Shown piece after piece: positions 59,186 to 64,000 of a stretch of 64,000 nt of DNA. Numbering within the stretch: the stretch's first letter is position 1; each line of letters opens with the position of its first letter. The notes under the pieces are model-generated. The model was given only the letters and a program-made list of their open reading frames with translations. It ran no database searches and had not been told where the DNA came from. Both the position numbers and the translations under genes were made by a program. The DNA is from Cladosporium halotolerans (lineage: Eukaryota), in assembly GCF_011745625.1 (NCBI RefSeq), contig NW_027191453.1, positions 620,001 through 684,000 on the forward strand. Direction: 5' to 3'.

Positions 59186-62100
59186 ATGGCCGCCGTCGCG
59201 CCGCCCGCGACTCCTCAGCGTCAGCTGCCTGGTGCATATTTCAACACGCCCGCCCCAGCGCCCTCGATCTTCTCTCAGAATGCACAGGCGTTGCGCCAGG
59301 CGCCTCCACCTGGTCCCGCCCTTTCCCAGCAAACCACGAACACCGTGTCCGCCGTCGAGCGCGCGGCGCGGACCATCAACGAGACTCTTGCGGCCGAAGC
59401 GCGCTTTCCGGAACTCGAAAGCTATGTTACGCAAGGTGTGAGCGGTGAATACGATCTTCCAAAGAATGCAGACTGGAATCCATATCAGCCGCTTAAGTGG
59501 CATGATCTGCCACCGAGGATATTGGAACAAGCCAATCTGGGCAGCGTCGCCATGAAGCTCGGCTTCTTTGCACCTCTCGGCCACGCCTGGGCCGCCGTGG
59601 ACAACTGCCTGTATCTCTGGGATTACACAATGCCAAATCCCGACCTTATCGGCTTTGAGGAGAACAGACACCCCATCGAGACCATCAAGCTCGTAGCGCC
59701 TAAGCCGGGAGTCTTTGTCAAGGATATTACCCATTTGATTGTTGTTTCAACCACGACCGAAATGCTTTTGCTGGGCGTCGCACCCACGGCGACGGAGACC
59801 GGAGCTAAGACTCTGGCTTTGTACAATACGAAGATGTCGATCCCGACACGAGGGCTGGGTGTTAGATTCATTGAGGGATCCAATAAGACGGGAAGAATCT
59901 TTTTCGCCGGAAGCTACACTGAGGATATTTACGAGTTCACGTACCAGCAGGAAGAGCGTTGGTTCACCAGCAAGACGCAGTCAATCTGTCACACGGCGTC
60001 AGGCGTACCTTTCATCAACACCGGCAAGATGAAGGCCATCACACAATTCCTTGGACCGCAGCAGAGATCAAGCACCCTTCTCCAACTCGCGATCGACGAC
60101 ACGCGTAACTTTCTCTACACACTGAGCGATCGCAACGAGATCAAGGTCTACCTCATTCGAGATGGGCTTTCGCTCGCGCTGGCTCGGCCTTATGTCAGCT
60201 TGCTGCAGAACACCGGCCACTTCAACACCCGCACTGAGCTGCTTGTTGGCCAGAATGTGCAGCTCGTGTCCATCAGCCCTATCCCTGCAACTGAAGCTGG
60301 CAAGGTTGGCTTGATAGCGAACACCAGTACTGGATGCCGATTGTATCTTTCATTGACTCGCGGTTATGGCTTTCAAGCGGACATTCAGAACGGTCCTACA
60401 AGTATGCAGATCCTCCACATCCGCTTCCCTCCTTCCGATCCGGACGCGGCTCCTGCAGCGATTCCACAGCATTCAACATCTTTGAGCCCCTACAATCAAC
60501 CAGCGCCCGCCGGACAGGGTGCGCCAGACACGACATCACGCTACCTTGACCCAACACTCATGTCATATCGATTCTCTCCCGGCTACTTCCTCGCATTCGG
60601 ACCGGACCCTGATAGTGAAGGTAAAGATCGCGTCTTCTGCGCAGCTCCAGATTCAGCACGTCTCAAGAACCCTCAAGATCCAAGCCAGATGCATACAAGG
60701 TTCGCCGAATTCGGGCAGTGGTTGAGGCTCAATGGCACCATGACCCAGGTCGCTCTCATGACCGATGAGTTCAAGGCAAACACTTCACCAGCTGGATTTG
60801 GCAACGAGATGGCTGTGCAATTCGACCTTCCCGATACCGAGGTTGGAATTTTAACTGGTAACGGCATTCAAACTATCCGTCGTAGAAGGCTGGTCGATAT
60901 TTTCGCTTCGCTCATGCGCCATGCGTCGGCGGATGATGAGGGTTTGGAGGGTGACATCAAACGCTTCGTCCGAACGTACGGCCGCGGCGAGACTGCTGCA
61001 ACCGCGCTGGCTGTTGCCTGTGGTCAAGGTGTTGATGTTACGCCAGATTCGAGAGTCGCAAGCGTGACCGAGCCCGACGTCCTCGAGCGAGCTCGGTCAA
61101 CTTTCATTGAGCATGGTGGCAAGCCAGAGTTCAATGCGAATGCCGTCGTAGACGGCGGGAGCCCTATTGACAGCGTTCGCCCCAGTCCCCGGCATGAGGG
61201 TCTTGCCTTGTACATCAGCCGCCTCTTGCGATCAATCTGGAGTGCGCGTGTCATCAAGGAGGAGGTTGTCCCGGGCGTCCTGGCGAGAGTTGGGTCCACA
61301 ATCAACATCGGAAAGCTGCGCAACATACAGCGTGATCTGACCGAGCTTCAGCGTTTCTTGGAGACCAACAAGAGCTTCATCGATGGATTGGCTGGTCCAC
61401 AGGCGCTCGGCAGAGTCGGCTCGAGGCAAGAGGAGATCGCTCTCCAAGGCGAGCATCGGGCAATGAGCAGCCTGATGTCTCTCATTGCTAAGGTCATCGA
61501 GGGCATCAGCTTTGTTCTCGTTCTGTTTGACGAGCGTGTCGAAGACATTCTCGCATCTCTTCCAGACGAGAGCAAGCAGAAGGTCAGGGAGCTGACCTAC
61601 GAGACACTTTTCGTCACTTCAGAAGGGCAAAGCCTGGGCAGGGATCTCGTCAAGGCCATTGTAAACCGCAACATTGCTATGGGTAGCAATGTTGACACGG
61701 TTGCCGAGGCACTCCGTAGACGATGTGGCAGCTTCTGTTCTGCGGACGACGTCATCATCTTTAAAGCCCAGGAGCAAGTGAAGCGCGCTGTGGAAGCTGG
61801 CTTCCAGTCCGAGGCTGCGCGCACACTACTCAACGAGAGTTTACGACTGTTCCAAAAGGTGGCTGGAAGCTTGACGATCGGAGAAGTGGGTGACAATGGC
61901 CAGGATGGTCATGTTAAGTGGGCAATCCGCAACTATGAGGATATGCAGTTCTACGCCGGTGCCATCCAGCTGTGTCTCACAGTGGCCGAGGAGAAAGACA
62001 AATCTGGGCTCGCACTGAGCTACCTCAAAGACGAGAAGCCCGGCTCGGATCCACGACAAACAGCGTATCTGACTAGAGAGCAGTGCTATCACTTCATCTT

Positions 62101-63304
62101 TGCGTTGATTCAAAAACTGGACCAGGAGACGCGTGCCGCCACTGAAAGCATGGAGGGACAGCTCAGTGTTGCGTCCAAACGCCGCAACGAGGCCTACGAC
62201 GTCATCAACGGCTCAGAGGACATTGTGTTCCAGACCTGCCTCTACGACTGGTATTTGTCCACAGGGCAAGAAGATCGCCTGCTTGAAATCATGAGCCCAT
62301 TCGTGCCCAAGTTTCTTCGCCAGAGAGCGAATGACTGGAACAGAGAGGCAGCTGATTTGCTTTGGCGATACTTCGTTCACAACAACGACTACCTCGAGGC
62401 AGCCGATACACAGCTTCATCTCGCTCGCGGCCAATTCCCCATCACACTCGAAGAGCGCATGGCATATCTTTCTCGGGCGCGTACCAACGCGTCGACACGG
62501 CAGTCTGCTCTTGTTGAGTCTCGTCACTCGAAGCAGCAACTGCTCAGTGATATTGACACTCAACTCGAGCTTGCTAGCATTCAGGATGACATCCTCCAAC
62601 GTATGAAGTTTGAGCCTCGTCTGACAGATGAACGCAGAGCAGAGGTCGTCAGCACGCTCAACAGCAACATCCTGACCATCGATCAACTTTACAACAACTA
62701 CGCCGACCAGGCAGGCTACCACGACCTGTGCATCCTGATCTACCAAGTTGCCGACCACCGCAATCCGGCTGACATCCGCGCAAGCTGGCAGGAACTCATC
62801 AATCAAACCGCTCGCGAGGCGCTTGCTATCAAAGATACCCATCCTTGGGAGGCTGTCGCTGACAAGGTCCGCAATCTGGGCCGCCGTCTGCAAGGCGCAG
62901 AATCCACGTTCCCCGTTCAAACGCTTCTGCCCATGCTTGAGCGCTTCGCAATCGAGCCCACGTCACAAGGCTCGCCTAGCAACTGGGCCATCGACGTCTT
63001 CCTTGATGTCGACGTCCCGCATGAGGCGCTTCTGCCGGTGCTCGAGCAGATATACTACGGCAACGAGCAACCTTTCGTCGGCACGCAGAGGAGAGTCATC
63101 GCGGCTCACATGGTTTACGTCGTCCAGTCATGGCTCGAAGGCTCATCTCGCCGAGGTGAGAGGATTCCATTCGGCAGCGAGGAGAATGCGAGTCTGTGTG
63201 TGGACTTGCTTCGTGGCTTGCTGGCCGCGAGAGACGCTCTTGTGGGTGTCGAGAGGCAGGAGGCAGAGCAGTTGCAGAGCGCAATTCAGAGGCTGATGAG
63301 GTAG
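59186..63304 (+). CDS. NUP170: Nucleoporin Nup170/Nup157 (Nup155 family)
   Basis: ~1372 aa from accATGG. HAWAAVDNCLYLWDY, LVAPKPGVF, TGRIFF, YGRGETAATALAVAC, SPRHEGLALYISRLL, ALRRRCGSFCS, ITLEERMAYLSRA. Confidence 0.95.
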   Translation: MAAVAPPATPQRQLPGAYFNTPAPAPSIFSQNAQALRQAPPPGPALSQQTTNTVSAVERAARTINETLAAEARFPELESYVTQGVSGEYDLPKNADWNPYQPLKWHDLPPRILEQANLGSVAMKLGFFAPLGHAWAAVDNCLYLWDYTMPNPDLIGFEENRHPIETIKLVAPKPGVFVKDITHLIVVSTTTEMLLLGVAPTATETGAKTLALYNTKMSIPTRGLGVRFIEGSNKTGRIFFAGSYTEDIYEFTYQQEERWFTSKTQSICHTASGVPFINTGKMKAITQFLGPQQRSSTLLQLAIDDTRNFLYTLSDRNEIKVYLIRDGLSLALARPYVSLLQNTGHFNTRTELLVGQNVQLVSISPIPATEAGKVGLIANTSTGCRLYLSLTRGYGFQADIQNGPTSMQILHIRFPPSDPDAAPAAIPQHSTSLSPYNQPAPAGQGAPDTTSRYLDPTLMSYRFSPGYFLAFGPDPDSEGKDRVFCAAPDSARLKNPQDPSQMHTRFAEFGQWLRLNGTMTQVALMTDEFKANTSPAGFGNEMAVQFDLPDTEVGILTGNGIQTIRRRRLVDIFASLMRHASADDEGLEGDIKRFVRTYGRGETAATALAVACGQGVDVTPDSRVASVTEPDVLERARSTFIEHGGKPEFNANAVVDGGSPIDSVRPSPRHEGLALYISRLLRSIWSARVIKEEVVPGVLARVGSTINIGKLRNIQRDLTELQRFLETNKSFIDGLAGPQALGRVGSRQEEIALQGEHRAMSSLMSLIAKVIEGISFVLVLFDERVEDILASLPDESKQKVRELTYETLFVTSEGQSLGRDLVKAIVNRNIAMGSNVDTVAEALRRRCGSFCSADDVIIFKAQEQVKRAVEAGFQSEAARTLLNESLRLFQKVAGSLTIGEVGDNGQDGHVKWAIRNYEDMQFYAGAIQLCLTVAEEKDKSGLALSYLKDEKPGSDPRQTAYLTREQCYHFIFALIQKLDQETRAATESMEGQLSVASKRRNEAYDVINGSEDIVFQTCLYDWYLSTGQEDRLLEIMSPFVPKFLRQRANDWNREAADLLWRYFVHNNDYLEAADTQLHLARGQFPITLEERMAYLSRARTNASTRQSALVESRHSKQQLLSDIDTQLELASIQDDILQRMKFEPRLTDERRAEVVSTLNSNILTIDQLYNNYADQAGYHDLCILIYQVADHRNPADIRASWQELINQTAREALAIKDTHPWEAVADKVRNLGRRLQGAESTFPVQTLLPMLERFAIEPTSQGSPSNWAIDVFLDVDVPHEALLPVLEQIYYGNEQPFVGTQRRVIAAHMVYVVQSWLEGSSRRGERIPFGSEENASLCVDLLRGLLAARDALVGVERQEAEQLQSAIQRLMR

Positions 63305-63769
63305 ACTACTATAATTGCTGGGTAAATTGGGAAGGCCTTGGGACTACTTTGGAAAAAGAAAAGACGATTGTGGCAGGCAAAGCATCTTGATGTCGACGTC
63401 GATGTCGTTGGGTTGATTTTTTCCTCGTTTGAAAGTTTTGGCAGCGATGGCGTTGTACTTAGGCATGGTCAGAGTCATGGGAATGAAGCATGTACCACAC
63501 TATTCATCAAACCATCTCAACGTAATCAATTCGAGCGATTTCGACTGCTTCCAATCTGTGCAAAACTGAGAGACACGATCGATCTTGGGTAAACATCGGC
63601 CTGATCGTTGACGGCGAGGCGCTCTCGTGACCTCCAAGGACGAGCCACGATCAAGCGGGGTTTGCTGCACCTGAACGCTCGTTGTGCCCACAACGCGCTC
63701 GGGAAATCTACATTAATCGTCCGCGTGTTTTTGAAGTAACTTTCCAATGACAACGCAGACGAAGACGCG

Positions 63770-63987
63770 ATGGCTCCTATAGAGGCTATAGACATCGGCG
63801 CTGCTACGGTAGGCTCGCACGCGCGCGCGCGCGCACGCACGCCCTCTGCAGGTGTCCACTCATGCTGATCGCCATCCTTGCAGGTGCTTGGCGCCCGACA
63901 GTTTCAAGAAGATCGATACACCGTGGCGAAACCTGGAACTCTGTCTGCGGACAAATCGCTCGCGTGTTTCGCGGTGTTCGACGGACA
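63770..63987 (+). CDS. PP2C-family protein phosphatase, first two exons (gene continues beyond the window)
   Basis: Exons 63770-63808 and 63884-63987 (intron GTAGGC...GCTGAT...CAG) read MAPIEAIDIGAATVLGARQFQEDRY...FAVFDG(H), the PP2C motifs G-x-R-x-x-x-E-D and FDGH. Next donor GTGAGT at 63988. Confidence 0.85.
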
Positions 63988-64000
63988 GTGAGTATTTGCG

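Noticed and set aside
1..64000. CRISPR array, rRNA, intact transposon, secondary-metabolite cluster, TGA-CTA readthrough/PTS1 extensions
   Set aside because: No spacer-repeat array, rRNA motif, transposase/RT ORF or PKS/NRPS core seen. The stop contexts I checked do not match TGA-CTA.

Overview
Gene-dense, GC-rich euchromatic window from a filamentous ascomycete (Pezizomycotina). Short GT-AG introns with CTAAC/CTGAC branch sites support this; a Dothideomycete origin is my inference only. About 23 protein genes can be modelled: UTP18 (partial), NAB2, a GST, a Ser/Pro-rich hypothetical, LSM12-like, an Lte1-like RasGEF, an orphan TM/coiled-coil protein, GH76 (DFG5/DCW1), FAF1-like, HIS6, a fungal TF-like protein with no visible DNA-binding domain, a CNT nucleoside transporter, TatD, a PiT/PHO89 phosphate transporter, a Ser/Thr-rich membrane protein, MED4, GH105-like, mitochondrial Lon (PIM1), a Zn2Cys6 TF, AFG1, AIM41, NUP170/155 and the 5' end of a PP2C gene missed by the ORF track. 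There is also one intron-containing tRNA-Trp(CCA). No intact mobile element and no clearly novel system is demonstrable. The most notable unexplained signal is an identical 20-nt telomere-like motif in two inverted copies (41725-41744 and 49375-49394) that bracket the MED4-GH105-PIM1 block; one copy lies in a ~2 kb gene-free interval. Other leads: a TF/CNT/TatD/PHO89 neighbourhood with CACGTG boxes, several uORFs, stop-free 3n introns, a long GST intron and an A31-C39 mismatch in the tRNA. All family assignments come from motif recognition by eye, not database searches.
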